A DNA stretch of 64,000 nt from Eledone cirrhosa (GCA_964016885.1 OZ024742.1:218364001-218428000), one strand, 5' to 3'. Shown: positions 10,961 through 26,533, numbered from the stretch's first letter. Numbers and translations are program-made. The notes: a model not told the origin generated them from the letters alone.

Positions 10961-12153
10961 TCTTATAACATCTGTCATAAATTGTTGTGTACGAGTGCGT
11001 GTGTGTGTGTGGTGCTGGTCTAGGCAGGCTGGGTACTTTACCAACACCGATATACGAGATATTTCACCACACGCAGAGAGACAGAGAGAGGGAGAGAGAG
11101 AGCGAGAGGGAGAGAGAGAGTGAGAGAGAGAAATAAAGAGTGAAGGAAGGGGAAAGAGAGAGAAAGGCATGGCATCAGCTAAAGTACACATAAGCAACAG
11201 ATTGCCTCCCTTTACTTCCTCCACTCTACCACCTCCAACATAGACTTTTTAAACATCTGAATATTTCGGACACTACACCACACTACACGCACACACACAC
11301 ATACACACACACGCACACACACACACACACACACACGCGCGCGCACATACATACACACACACATATATATATATATGTACATACACACGCATAGACATAC
11401 ACACAGATACTCACGCACATATACATCCATACACACACACTTACCCACAGATACACACACATACGTGCACACACGCATACACATTCTCTCTCTCATATAC
11501 ACACACACACATACACATTCTCTCTCTCTCATATACACACACACACACACACACACATTCTTTCTCATACACACACATACACATTTTATTGGTTGGGGTG
11601 GGTTTAGATTATTTTGCTTGTTTTGTTATCTTAATGTTTAATTTACTATTTTTTCGTCTTTCATTTCGTTGTAGTCGTTGATGATGATGATGATATATTT
11701 GAGGATGTGTTGTTTCTTTTTAAGTTCACGACTTTCTCGGTCAGACCCTCTGCTATGTTCACATACAAAATACTATCTTTTACCTCCTCCCCCTCCTTAC
11801 TTATCTCCCACCTTCTGCCTTTTTTCTTATAAAACCCCACCCCACCCCACTAACTTCCAATCATTTCTTCTATTCTCCTTCCTTTCATTTTCTTTCTTTA
11901 CTTTTTTTCTCTTTTCTTTTTTAAATTTTTTTTTTTCCTTTCTTATCTCGTTTCCTTTATATACCACTTCCCTACAAAGTTCTCTTTTTCTTTCCCCTTA
12001 TACACACACAAACACATATATATATAATATATATAATATATATAAATGCATGTATATATATATATACTTATAGATATATATATACATACAAATATATATA
12101 TATATATATATACACACATACATATATATATATATACATTTATATATGTATAT

Positions 12154-12215
<62 letters not shown>

Positions 12216-12789
12216 ATATATCTTTATATATAAGTATATTATATATATATACATATGTTATATACTTATATCATATAATATATATTGTCATCTCTCTTTA
12301 AACATTCCAGAATATAACTGTGTACAAAAGAAGTATTCAAGTCGAACTCATAATGGTTAGTTATATCGGAACAAACCTGGAAGATTTCATCAAACAATCG
12401 CCGCCATAACCACTCATAGAATGTAAATAGAAATGAAGTCAAATATTGTTCTTTAAAATCGAAATCGAGGCTACTTTTTCTATTTAGTGGAAAACACAGT
12501 TGGTGTTCTTTTTGGTCCTTATTCGTTTACTCCTTCTTATAGAGATAGAGTAAAGGGATACGGACAGTTGTCTTGGAAGAAGTAAACAACTAAATAAAGA
12601 ATCTCTCCAAAGACAAGACGACCAATACATTTTTTAACATGATATCTTACTTCTTGCTTTTTTTCTTCCTTTCCTTTCCCATTTTTCTCCCCCCCCCCCT
12701 ATTCTTTCATTTATGAGACTTCCGTGCTATAAGAATACCACACTTTTCCCCTGGTGTCACATAAAATTCTATGCGTACTTCTTATAGCT

Positions 12790-12960
12790 TTATTGCTATA
12801 AGTTAATGTTTTGTCTTGTCTCTTACTCCACTGGACAGCGCTTTGCTTTGGCTTGTGCCAGACGCCGTGACACTGGGTGGACCAGCAGTACCGTTGGTAG
12901 GAGTCGAAACATCCAAATTCCATCTCAACGGCCGATGACCCGGGAGTTCAGTGTCTTTTG
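12790..12960 (+). repeat. Dispersed repeat, inverted copy at 23170-23335
   Basis: TGCTATAAGTTAATGTTTTGTCTTG...GGACAGCGCTTTG...GGGTGGACCAGCAGTAC...GAGTTC.GTGTCTTT matches the reverse complement of 23170-23335. Confidence 0.8.
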
Positions 12961-13130
12961 TTTGTATTTTTATTTTTTAAAAATTATTTTTCTAAAAAAA
13001 TTGTTTTTCGGTTTGCTTTGTTTTCGTTCGTTGTCTTGTCCTCTCTTAGTTAATTTTCTTAAGTTGAACACACACTCACACACACATACATACTCACAGA
13101 CACATACACACACACATATATATATATATA

Positions 13131-13846
13131 TAAATTCGTTAACGAAGCCAGTGGTATAGTAATCCGTATAGCCACGGCCAACCCATTACTCACTTAATGA
13201 GATAAGATTTACTCCGAGTTTCCTGAAGCAAGCTTATGTTATTGCTCCTTCGTTCGTCAGTGTGCATTGGAAAATGTATTGCGAGTAGCTAGGAATGTAT
13301 ATACCAAAAAGAAGGAATTTATAGTTTACTTGAAGCATTGTATATGGTATTAAAGAATTCGAAGTTTTAAAGCCACGACAATGCAGGTTTGGACAGAGAA
13401 AAATTAAATCGTAAGAAGCAGGGCTTGCTTTTTACCTTAATTTATTCATATGTCTTGGTATTTCGAGATTAATATCTCTTCTTCCGAGAAAAATAAAGGA
13501 ACTATTCCAGTGTCCGATGGCTTGCTATACCTCGGAAGAAGAGATATTAATCGCAAAAAATGAATAAATTAAAATAATAAGAAAGCCCTGTTTCTTACGA
13601 TTTAATTTTTCTCTGTCCAAACCTGCATTTCGTGGATTTCAAATTTCGAATTCTTTATAATATAAAACATTTAGCTCTGTGTTTATATATTGAAGGCTCT
13701 ATCAGTTCTGTTGACTAAATCAACTGGAGCCCCCAGCCCCCCACCCCCGTCGGAAACGACGTGGGGTCCAACAACAATGATATAGATATATATAAATTCG
13801 TTAACGAAGCCAGTGAAATATTGATCCGTATAGCCACGGCTAGCCC

Positions 13847-13850
<4 letters not shown>
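13131..13850. repeat. PLE-terminus-like composite: direct repeats enclosing an inverted pair with degenerate HHR
   Basis: Direct repeat TAAATTCGTTAACGAAGCCAGTG...CCCATTA at 13131 and 13792. Inverted arms ~13351-13490 and ~13531-13660 carry CGGAAGAAGAGAT-ATTA-ATCTCGAAAT; same family as 14395-14630 and 32487-32670. Confidence 0.75.
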
Positions 13851-13903
<53 letters not shown>

Positions 13904-14249
13904 TTAAGGGAGAGAGGGGGTAGGAGAAAGAGAATGAAAGAGAGTCACAGTTGAGGTGTTTCATCATGTTTTATCTAGAAACCTGTTGTTATGTTGTGTG
14001 GCAGACGACAGATTTGAAGACAGCAACCAATCGTTTCACTTATCTTATCTGAAAACGTCATCTACACATTTACTGACTTATTCAAGTATATTTTGACAGA
14101 CGACCAAATTCTCACACATCACCGTTTCAGTCATTTCAAGTACTTCTATAACTGATAAGTTTCCATTCAAGGATCAGTGATGGCATTTTAACAGTTTATT
14201 GATTTTAACTCAACATCCAACACTCTTACTTCTGTATATATATATATAT

Positions 14250-14995
<746 letters not shown>

Positions 14996-15029
14996 TAGTA
15001 AACCCTTGAGAATAACAGGCAAATGCAAG

Positions 15030-15265
15030 TAAATATGATGAGGTATATGGACATGCTCACCGATATCCAGAGTTGCACTCAGTGCTCCTTTGGGAGCCCC
15101 TACATGGACACACTAGAAGAGGAAGACCAAGGTTAACATATGTTGATGCCCTAAGGACAGACACTGGTCTGTTGGAGATGCAGGATATGGCAGCGATAAT
15201 GAGGGACAGAGACCGCTGGAGAGAACTCGTCCATGGATCTCGGGAATTTTACCCGCCTTAGATAG
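15030..15265 (+). mobile_element. RTE-type LINE 3' end fragment
   Basis: VLLWEPLHGHTRRGRPRLTYVDALRTDTG...MRDRDRWRELV, the typical RTE C-terminal RGRP..W/Y...D..DR..W motif. Confidence 0.75.
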
Positions 15266-15799
15266 ATATGAGAAGAAAAAAAAAAGCCGCTAATGGAATA
15301 TGAAATTTGTTGAATTTTTTCTACTTATACAGTTTCTGGTAGAATCAGCCTGTTGGAGGCTGAACTTCAATCTCACATAACACACTCTGATAATAGAACA
15401 TACAAACCAGTTCATCCTTCATCAATGCCACATATACCACAAAATCTGCAAATCTCAAAGAGGTCTAAAGAGACATTTCAAGGTCCATCAAGATACACAG
15501 GCAGTCCAAGCTGCACCAAAACTAATATGCAATTTATGTGGATAGCTTTTTAAAAGTATTTATGGACTAAAAAGCCACATGAGAACTCATACCAGAACTG
15601 AGCATCATGTACACTGACGTGGTAAAGCTATGTATTGAGCAGACAGCCAGTATATATATATATATATATAGTACGTTATTCCGGGTTGAATCGGAGGTAA
15701 CCACAGTAAGTAAGGTACTCAATACATTGCAGAGTATAAAAGTTTTAATATAGATGAGATTCTACAGGACTAGAACTGTTTCATTCTTTATATATTCTG

Positions 15800-15846
15800 A
15801 TTCCTGATGATTTCTAAAGAATGAAACAGTTCTAGTCCTGTAGAAT
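15800..15846 (+). ncRNA. Type I hammerhead ribozyme within a head-to-head inverted repeat (15752-15853)
   Basis: attc-CTGATGA-t-TTCT-aa-AGAA-t-GAAA-CAG-ttctagtc-CTG-TA-gaat; all three stems pair. Confidence 0.8.
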
Positions 15847-15847
15847 C

Positions 15848-16393
<546 letters not shown>

Positions 16394-16968
16394 TACACAT
16401 ATACATTCGTGCTTACTTCTCTAACCCCTCCCCCTGTCACGTTTACCCCGCCCGTTATCACACACGCGCTTGTACATTCACCCCTAGATTCCTATCGCTC
16501 TCTTGTGGTCAGAAACATACACTCTTACAGCTGATACAGACCAACAAAAAACGCACACACACACACCTCTACTTTTCCTTTCACAGCTCTATATACATAC
16601 ACACTCTCTTATAATAACATACTTTTTCTCACATACAAGCACACACACTTACAAGCACACACATACAAGCACACACTCTTTTTAACTTACATATACATAC
16701 ACATACCCTCTTAGCTTCGTACGGACGTATAATAACACGGCGCGCGCACACAAGTATAGCTCTATATACAAAACGGTTCTTTTTTTTCCATTTCAGGTAG
16801 ACACGCTCTATCATCCACTTTTCTAAAAAGGTATCCCATACACAAAACGCCAGCATCAACAGTTTTCCAAGAGATGGTAACATGAATGGACCTGTTATTT
16901 TTCTCTAAAAACATTTTTTTCGATTCCGCCCTGCCCATCCCTTCAATCTTTATAATTTCTCATTCTTT

Positions 16969-17002
16969 CTTCTGATGAAAGACTAGCATCCGAAACGTTA
17001 AG
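16969..17002 (+). ncRNA. Minimal type I hammerhead ribozyme motif
   Basis: ctt-CTGATGA-a-AGA-ctagca-TCC-GAAAC-GTT-aag; downstream sequence is shared with 4420-4528. Confidence 0.7.
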
Positions 17003-17115
17003 ACTCTCTTCCTGCTATTTCAAGGGTTAAAATAATATATTCTTTCCATATACTGTACCGATTGTCTTGTTATTCCTGTTTACCTTATTCTATTTACCTT
17101 ATATATATAGTTTAT

Positions 17116-17151
<36 letters not shown>

Positions 17152-17611
17152 GTGTGTGTGCGTGTGTGTGTGTGTGCGTGTGGGTGTATGTGTGTATGTG
17201 TGTTTCTGTGTGTGTGTGTGTGTATGTATGTATATATAATTAAGAATGGTTTTCCGAGGGGGAACGGAAGGGAACTAGAATTAACTAATGTACTAAATAT
17301 ATTAGTAAAGAAGGTATATATTTATTTAATGGAGAAGTGACTTTTACACACTCACGCGCGCGCGCACGTATACATATAGTGTGATTCAGTGAATTACTGG
17401 TGGTGGTACTAATATGAGCACTCGATACACAGGCAGAGTGTATACACTTTATTTTTTGTTGAATCATCAGTCTGACAAGCAGCTCAATACTAGTGATCTT
17501 GAGCCAATCTTCTGCGAAACGCGCGTAACAAGTTGATGTACAATAAAAACATAAATATATGTAAACGAAACTTCATCGTTTATCATTATATATACATACA
17601 CACACACACAC

Positions 17612-17642
<31 letters not shown>

Positions 17643-18172
17643 AAGTGACAAATGCGCTGTGTGGTTACTAATAAATATTGTTTAGAAAACGTAAGAGAAA
17701 CACAAACATAAGGACAATTCCTGCTCTTCGGCTGTCTACTGTGGATCGCTGATGTTTCAACGCATTAAAGACAGTACATCTCTCCACAGTGCTTTAATGA
17801 CTAAGAGGAATAATTATTAGGGAAGAAAACAACAACAACAACAACAAAAAACAGAGACGATAGTGAAGAGAACAACAGAAAAAGAAAATAAACAGAAGGA
17901 AAACATACCAATAGAGAGGGGGAAACATGAGACCGTAGTACATGTAAGTTGCAGTAACCAATGGGAGAAGGGGAGAAGTTAAAAAAGAGACCGAACGTAA
18001 GCCCTGAATTCGTATTAACAACATGAGGGGGGGGGCTGATCTTAGCGAGAACAGGCGCAAAGTGGGAGAGACGAAGGAGAGCAGAAGTGAGAGGAGGGAG
18101 GGGGAAGTGGTAAGGGAACAGAGAGAGGTGAGAAAGGAGATAGATGGGAAGCGAGAAACAGAATAAGTGTGT

Positions 18173-18215
<43 letters not shown>

Positions 18216-19341
18216 GGCGAAAGGAGGAAGGAAAATAGTTAATCCAAAATGGCAGAACTTAAGTTCATCCGTTTTCCTTCGTCTCTCTCTCTTTGTTGAG
18301 AGCCAGAACAAATATTCTAAGACATTTTATCCTATGCTCTAACGATGCCAGTAATTCGTCGCCTTGAATATTAAATAAATAACTAAGTAAGTAAGTAAAT
18401 ACATAAATAAATAAATAAACCATTTGTTTGGGAAGTGTTTGAATCAAAACCATTGGTATTTGATTTATATCAACTACGTTGAAGTTTAAGGCCAAAAGCT
18501 ATTATTTAGCCCGAAGTCGATCCCACTAGAGCAAAAATATTGTAACGGCAACTTTCCCACGTTTTGCCACATACAATGTACTCCAGATTACATTAGCTAA
18601 TGTGCCTTTTTTTAAAGCATTGGATTATGATTTACAGGAAATTTGACTGGTATTTCTAATAGCTTGTAAATAATCCCTCGACCCCCAAGACTGGCAGTTT
18701 TATACTGCCTCCTCTGTTGGTTTCTGTTAATAAATCTAATATTTTGCCCCTCAGTTTAATTTGTAGCCTTTCAACGAAATCTTATCACTTCTGGTAATTT
18801 CGATTTTCCTTTATTTTTCTCTTTTCTCTTCTTTCTTTCTCTTTGTCTTCCCCTTCGACACTATACGATTACAATAGGTTCTCTGACCAGCCATAGTCCT
18901 CACTTTGATACTTCATCCTCTTACAACTCTACAAATTCATAGCTAAAGGTTTTCAAATGTTTATTAGTAAACCCATATTATTCCATATACAAATTTTACA
19001 TACATGTATATATACAGCTATGTTTAATTGAACACCTTAATTCTTTCACTCTCTCTCTCTCTATATATATATATAGAGAGAGAGAGAGAGGGGGGGATAA
19101 AAAAGAGAGAGCGAGAGAGAGAGAGTAAGGGACTCAGAACGCAGAGGAAGTAAACTGTGCTATTAAACATTCCAATCCAGGTTTCCAACATTTCTCCCAA
19201 AATATTGGTCAGGGTTTTACTTCCAGCTTCCCCTGTTTATTTTTTAAAAAGTATTAGTTATTTATTTATTTATTTATGCAAGCAATTTAAATGTCCATAT
19301 AGAACTAGTAACCCATGGTAGACTAAGGGAAGTATCTAGTA

Positions 19342-19631
19342 CAGGCATGGGCAACCTTTTTCGAGAAGCGGGCCGCATGAGATATGTCTCATCATCAGGC
19401 GAACCGCAAGCGCTAATGTACATTCGTGCCCACATTAAAAAAAGGGCAGTAACTCATGTTGTTTTGATTTGTTTCTTCAAAATTCGTACACGTTGTTTTC
19501 CTCGATCGTAAAAATTATAGAAAGATAAATTATGACTGAAAAGTTAGGGTAAAAAAATCAGAAAGATTTCACTTAGGCGATTTAGGTGAGCCATTCAGAA
19601 AGCTTCGCGGGCCGCAGATTGCCCATGACTG
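19342..19631. mobile_element. hAT (Charlie-like) MITE
   Basis: TIRs CAGGCATGGGCAA / TTGCCCATGACTG, subterminal GCGGGCCGCA, perfect 8-bp TSD ATCTAGTA. Confidence 0.9.
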
Positions 19632-19859
19632 ATCTAGTACTTCTTGCAGTTGAGAAACAAAAACAACATAGACAGAAATAAGTGAATATGAAAATAAAAA
19701 TTAAAATTAAAATAAGGAAGGGCAACTAAGCATAAAATGATAAAGAAAAAATGGGAAGGAAAGGAAGCTATAAAGCAGCTAGGTGGTTCTGTTGTTGATT
19801 CTTTTCGTACTCAAATATGTTTATAATTAGTAGATCGTTTATATATATTGTATCTTCAA

Positions 19860-20220
19860 TCTTGATAGATTTTTAAGGATCGGTTTCAAGATGTTCTCCC
19901 TCTCAGGCTGGTAATTTCTACATTGGAAGAAATAGTACCAAAGAGTTTCTGGGAAGTCACCACAAGAACATAGAGGTGATTCTCTACGACCTGTTCGTGA
20001 TAAAATGTAGTTCAATGGAATATTGTTAGTGATGCTATGTTTGGTATGTGTGTCTGGAAGGTTGTGGATGTAAATGTCACGACCTCTTCACATGTTGGTT
20101 CGTTTGCTTTGGATTAGGATATGTGTGCAGTGCAATCCTATTGGCGCCAAATCGTGTCTAGGAAGACAACATAATTGGGAAATAATGTGTAACTATTGGA
20201 TGGTAGGGTGGTAACAATTC
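19860..20220 (-). mobile_element. I-group LINE 3' fragment (zinc-knuckle region)
   Basis: IPLNYILSRTGRRESPLCSCGDFPETLWYYFFQCRNY; homologous to 27515-27625. Confidence 0.65.
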
Positions 20221-20489
20221 TGAAAGAGAGAGAGGGGGAGGGGAGGGATAGAGAGAGACGAGGGAGGTGTGGGATGGCAACATGAATAGATGAGTAAATA
20301 TAACGAAAAGACAAAAGTGAAGTGTTAAGACTGGCTAAAAAATAAAGTGTACTCTGTCTGATATGAGCAAGAGAGGGAGAAAGGGCAGGGGGGAGGGCAG
20401 GGTGACAAATGATACTATGAAAAATTACACAGAGGGTGGGGATGGATATGAAATATATTGAGGCAATGAAAATAGCAAGCTATGATAGA

Positions 20490-20720
20490 GGGAGGAGAGA
20501 GAAGAGAGGAGGAGGTATGTAAATGACAGAGAGAGAAGAGAGAGAGGGGGTATTTAAATGACAGAGAGAGAAGAGAGAAGGGGAGGTATTTAAATGACAG
20601 AGAGAGAAGAGAGGAGGGGGGGGTATTTAAATGACAGATAGAGAAGAGAGAAGGAAGACGGTAGAGAATGACAGAGAGAGAAAGAAGAAGGGATGAGGTA
20701 GGGAATGATAGAGAGAGAAC
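20490..20720. repeat. Purine-rich minisatellite (~30-40 bp unit)
   Basis: Repeated GGTATTTAAATGACAGAGAGAGAAGAG. Confidence 0.8.
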
Positions 20721-21026
20721 GTAGGGGGGCGGGGAATTAGAGGATGATGGAGAGATGGGGAGAAAGGAGAAGAAAGAAGGGAGAAAGGAAAAGAGAAAAG
20801 AGGGAAGGGAGAAGAAAGAAGGGAGAAAGAATAAGGGAGAAGGGAGAATGAAGAAGAGAGAGAATGATAGAATGATAAATTTAGAGAAAGTGAAGTAAGC
20901 TTTAAGAAGAAAAAGAAGTAGAATTTGTCAGATCAACGAGAGGCTTTGTTTTTGGATTAGTATGTACCACGTTTCCGGGAAATATCAACATCTGTTGCAG
21001 CCACTCAGATCTGTTATATTAAGTTA

Positions 21027-21069
21027 ATGTTGTTGTTGCTGTTGCTGTTGTTGCTGTTGCTGTTGCTGC

Positions 21070-21151
<82 letters not shown>

Positions 21152-21231
21152 CTTCTTCTTCTTCTTCTTCTTCTTCTTCTTCTTCTTCTTCTTCTTCTTC
21201 TTCTTCTTCTTCTTCTTCTTCTTCTTCTTCT

Positions 21232-21270
<39 letters not shown>
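21027..21270. repeat. Compound trinucleotide microsatellite (GTT/GCT)n(CTT)n(CGT)n
   Basis: Directly visible. Confidence 0.95.
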
Positions 21271-21271
<1 letters not shown>

Positions 21272-21449
21272 CTCCCCCCATCCTTATTTATGTGAGGGTC
21301 TAAGGAGTAGAGTCCTCAGACACATCTTCCAGAGTGTTCTATAGTCGGAAGCAACCGTATCCAAATGATCCGGCTGGATCGACATGTCAGACCGACCCAA
21401 GGTAGTCTAGTTCGTGGTTTTCTTCTTGGTTTCCCGCTGGGTAAATTTA

Positions 21450-22025
21450 CCCATACAATTATTCCGTTCCTATGTACTCTCACCAAATATAAAACTCCCA
21501 ATTGAGGCAATCCAACGAAGCTACACCAAGAGGATTGCCACAATGAAGAAGATGAGCTACTGGGAGAGGCTAAAAGAACTGAAACTCTACTCCTTGGAAC
21601 GAAGACGGGAGAGATACGCAGTGATATACTTATGGAAAATGCTGAAGGGATTAGCACCAAATTTTGGCATTGGGAGCTGGACCACCCACGAACAGGACGT
21701 CACTGTGTGGTGCCAAAGGTCCCGTCTTCCACATTTAGAACAAGGGGCAGATATTACAATAGCTCGGGGTTCAAATGCCCTCAACTCTGCCAAAAAAATT
21801 GAGAGATCTTAATGGTGTGGACGTGGATGTTTTCAAGAAACATCTTGAAACCCTGCTATCCAGGATCCCGGATGAGCCCACAGCACGGTACGAAGGTAAC
21901 CTAAGGGCAGCAGCAAAGAACACCCTCTTAGACCAATGGCCAGCCAACACAGGCTGGAAATAGAATGTGTAGCAACAAGGGCGGTGCCCCAGCATGGCTT
22001 CAGCCGGATAGCTGGAACAGGTAAT
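21450..22025 (+). mobile_element. CR1/L2-group LINE 3' fragment
   Basis: IEAIQRSYTKRIATMKKMSYWERLKELKLYSLERRRERYAVIYLWKML and LPKKLRDL..VDVFKKHLETLLSRIPDEP, with frameshifts. Confidence 0.8.
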
Positions 22026-22220
22026 AGAGTAAAGGAGTATACAACTCAGAAATGAAAGAACGTTGATTACAGCTGGAAAGTGTCGTCCACCACTCTTTCT
22101 ACTAATGGTTATTTTCTGCTCCAACTCCTGCATGACACATATCAAACTTTGAGGAATCTTTGTTACATTTCTCTCCTCGCCTGAAATGTTTAGTTCTTGC
22201 CGATAAAAGATACTACTACC

Positions 22221-22284
<64 letters not shown>

Positions 22285-22489
22285 ACTACTACTACTGCTG
22301 CTGCTGCTGCTAAATTTGACCAAATCCTTTTTATGTTCTCACCTCTCTCAAAAATGAAACTTCCAAACACTTCACTTAAACAAGGCGACCGGTCATCACA
22401 TTGTTTCTTCCATCACTATAAAGCTGTCTTCATCAGAGCAAGCAGCCCCCTCATAAAAGTTTTAAATCGCCTCTCTAACTTTCCTCTCT

Positions 22490-22646
<157 letters not shown>

Positions 22647-22679
22647 CATATGTGTGTGGGCGTGTGTGTGTACGTATCA

Positions 22680-22715
<36 letters not shown>

Positions 22716-22829
22716 ACTTTAATAAATGGCAATTAGTCGTGTACTCTCAAAAATGCTTTTCTCTGGTCAAATTCCATCATCGGTGATTGTATGCATTTCC
22801 TGCACGATCGAAATATGATATAACATAAT

Positions 22830-22872
<43 letters not shown>

Positions 22873-22895
22873 CGCACAATACACACACCTCGCAT

Positions 22896-22943
<48 letters not shown>

Positions 22944-23531
22944 GCTCTGAAACGGTAGTGATTTCCTGAGATTGACTGAAATGGGACGTCCAGTTCTTCT
23001 GTTGGCTCTTCCGTTGTCTTTGTCCTAAGCGCCCTTTTCCCTGTTTTGGATATATAAGCATAAATAATTAGAAAAATTAACGAAGAGAAGACAACGAACG
23101 AAAACAAGGCAAAACAAAAAGAAAAATTATTCAAAGAAGAAACCTTCAACATTTTTTTGAAACTAATGAAAGACACAGAACTCTGGGGTCTTCAGCCGTC
23201 GAGATGGACCTTTGGCAGTTTCGACCACTATCGACAGTACTGCTGGTCCACCCGGGGTCACAGCGTCTGACACAAACCAAAGCGCTGTCCGTGGAGTAAA
23301 AACAAGACAAAACATTAACTTATAGCAATTAAGCCGTAACATAGGAGAATGTGACGACTTAGGAGAGAGTATTGTACTTTTTATAACAACGATAATCTAT
23401 ACGATATGTATATATATTATAATAATTCGAAATAACAGAAAACAAAAAACAAACAAACGCAGGAATAAATGCTACATGGTATTATTAGCTTCACGCTTGG
23501 TGAGAGTGTGTGTGTGGGGTGGGTGTGGTTA

Positions 23532-23564
23532 CTGACATTTCGGATATAAGCCCTTCATCAAGAG
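23532..23564 (-). ncRNA. Minimal hammerhead ribozyme motif (U3-G8)
   Basis: ctc-TTGATGA-a-GGG-cttata-TCC-GAAAT-GTC-ag. Confidence 0.6.
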
Positions 23565-24717
23565 AGTGGGGTGGTTGAGGAACTCCGAGAAGGAGGGAAC
23601 TGAAATAAAGTTAGCGGATAGGACCGAAAAATCTTTGATAGTTTTCCGACTCATTCGATGTTTTTATCAAGTCAGTATCATTAAGAGACCAACCTAAAAG
23701 AAAACAGAGTTCACACTATTTAAATAGTGAGAAAAACGATTTCGTGTCGGTAGATAATTAGATTCTCTCGTCTCGGACTAATGCATTAGTTCCCACTACT
23801 CTATTTGCTGGCGACAGTCCTTATCGAGCTGACGAGCACAGAAAATTAGGTAATGCTATTAAGTATTACGTAATTCGGTTAAGAATAGCTTGTATTTATA
23901 TATATATATATATCGCAATCGTATCACCTTACGCCAATATCACACGGTTTATAGACACTCTCATAATGATTATTCTCTTCGGTCATATTCCCGTTTCTGT
24001 GACCATCAGTACGGTTACTGTAGATCTAGACCTACTGGAGATTCTCTTTACTACGTCACTCACCAGTTTTCTCTAGCCTCAGTGACCCTTGTGATGTTTT
24101 GGAAAAGCTCTGATGGATTTGATATATTCAAAACCTTTTACTATATAAGGCATGAGAACCTTTATAAACTAATCAGATCGAGACAACATTTTCAGCCCAT
24201 GGAGAGATAAAAGTTATGGTGTAACCAAGTTATTTACTTTTCACAACAAAGCGAAAAGTGTGTGTTCATTAACAAGTGATATTTTGCGTTTCAAAATAAC
24301 CATCAGGTTGTGAAGTGCACTGGAAATTAATCAATTCCTTCATTTTGTCAGTGTATGCACTGTTATACAGATTAGACTGATTAAATTTGCTAAATCAAGA
24401 ACTTAGAAGATTAGCAATAGAAGCTTTATTAATACCAAAATACAAACCAATAATTAACAAACAGAAATTTCACCCCAGTAATTAACTAAGAAGGGTTATT
24501 GGGTGCTGAGAGACACTTCAAGTAATAAACAATTTTTTTTTTCTAGTGATATCATCACTAACAACTTTATTTCCATGATTCTTGCTGATCCCTATAAAAT
24601 GTCAGAAATAAGAAAAGTCCTCAATAAATATAACACTATATTGTTTAAAATTCAACGTAAATACTGTTAAGTAAAGAAAGACACATACACACACAAATAT
24701 ACGTATGTCTTTCTTTC

Positions 24718-24819
<102 letters not shown>

Positions 24820-25032
24820 GGAAAAATTTGAACAGGGACAAAACAGAGAGGCAGTACAACGAATGTTTATTAATTTCACGCTCTGGAGAGTGGGGTGTTG
24901 GTATATATATATATATTCATTAGTTAAGCAAAACAAGACCACAAACTTCACAAGGAAGACATTATTAAAAGATTGTCAACATATTTTAGTTTGATGTAAG
25001 GAATGTAGAGAATAATAATAATAATATTAATA

Positions 25033-25205
25033 ATAATTGTTTCTACTTTAGGCACAAGGCCAGCAATTACCCAGTGCATTACTGGTACTTTATTTTATCG
25101 ACCCCGTAAGGATGAAAGGCAAAGTCAACCTCGGCGGGATTTGAACTCAGATCGTAAAGGGGCGTAACTATGCTGGAAAGCATGGCGTCCGACCCTCTAC
25201 CGATA
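25033..25205 (-). mobile_element. tRNA-derived SINE
   Basis: Near full-length family copy with ATT-rich tail. Confidence 0.9.
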
Positions 25206-25450
25206 ATGTCCGTTTACAATTGTTTCGCTACTCCATATAATATTTCTTGTGGTCTTGTTTTGCTTAACTAATGAATATTTCCAGCTCTGCGCACCTAACT
25301 TCTGCATGAACCCAGCCACCTAGCTGCTTTCTACTGCATATTGCACATTGAGCACATGCCTTTACGCTTCGGCTTCTAACTCACCAATCTCTCCTCTCAT
25401 ATCTCCTCTACTATCTCCATCTCTCTCTTTAAGATTGGTTACTCTTGAAC

Positions 25451-25536
<86 letters not shown>

Positions 25537-26143
25537 GTAATTCCGTCGGAAAGGTACAGGAAAAAAGAGTGCTCTATGTAGGCTACAGAGCTTATTAGTT
25601 ATGTAATAAACAACATAAGATAATTATTTCATTTACCAGTGGTTTCTTGAAAGCAGATATATCTGTTTTCAGTCGTCAGAATGGATAAAACATGGTATTT
25701 TTATTAAATATGGATTTGAAAACAAAATATAAGAAAGTGAGGCTGAGGAAATAACGGGCGAAAAAGAAGAAGAAAAAGAATATATATAAATATATAAACA
25801 ATAAATATATAAACATACACACACTCAACCACTCGCATATACTTAAAAAGTACGTAGACGTATACATTATCACATAAACATATATGCATCTACATACATG
25901 GACAAAATACATACACATACATATACATGAAGTAATAAGAATAAATAAATAAATGAATAAGAACAAAAAATATAGTAAATAAAAAAAACTAAAAACAAAG
26001 GATACGTGTTGACAACGATAAGTGAGAGGAGGGGGGGGGGGGAACAAATAAAATTAACAAATACACGAGGCGTGCATATACATGAATATATATATATATA
26101 TAAAGTATATATATAAAAACCACAGACCCACCATCTCAACTCA

Positions 26144-26181
26144 CCTTTTGAAAAGCAGAAGAACTGCGAAACCGGTAAAGG
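26144..26181 (+). ncRNA. Hammerhead ribozyme, U3-A8 core variant (repeat 26115-26320; copy at 48058-48263)
   Basis: cctt-TTGAAAA-GCAG-aagaa-CTGC-GAAAC-cg-GTA-aagg. Confidence 0.75.
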
Positions 26182-26472
26182 AACCAAATAAATATATATA
26201 TTTTTTTTTTAAATAAGACTCCAGCTGCATTTTCGATTTCATCTCTTTTTCTTTATACTTTCACTCGTGTAGGACACCTCGGTTATTTTTCATTTTGTAA
26301 AAAAAAAACCTCACTTTCTAATATATATATATATATATATGCAAAAGTTCTATTTAAATTGTTGGGATACAACAAGCAAATATTTTTATAACTGATATAA
26401 AGCATTCAATAAGTATTTGGAGTAAACATACGATATTAACAAATGGAAACTATAAAACTGTCATATATTGTA

Positions 26473-26533
26473 TTTTGTCTGATGAAAGCATACCATAATT
26501 TAACATGGTATCCTTGAAATATGTATAATAAAA
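26473..26533 (+). ncRNA. Type I hammerhead ribozyme with extended stem II
   Basis: ttttgt-CTGATGA-AAG-c-ATACCA-taatttaaca-TGGTAT-c-CTT-GAAAT-atgt-ATA-ataaaa; family copies at 47174 and 56506. Confidence 0.8.

Noticed and set aside
21014-21344. PolyD/E/Q or polyK/N protein
   Set aside because: Compound trinucleotide microsatellite, probably a retroelement tail.
23828-23850. CTGACGA...GAAA hammerhead
   Set aside because: No stem II can form between the boxes.
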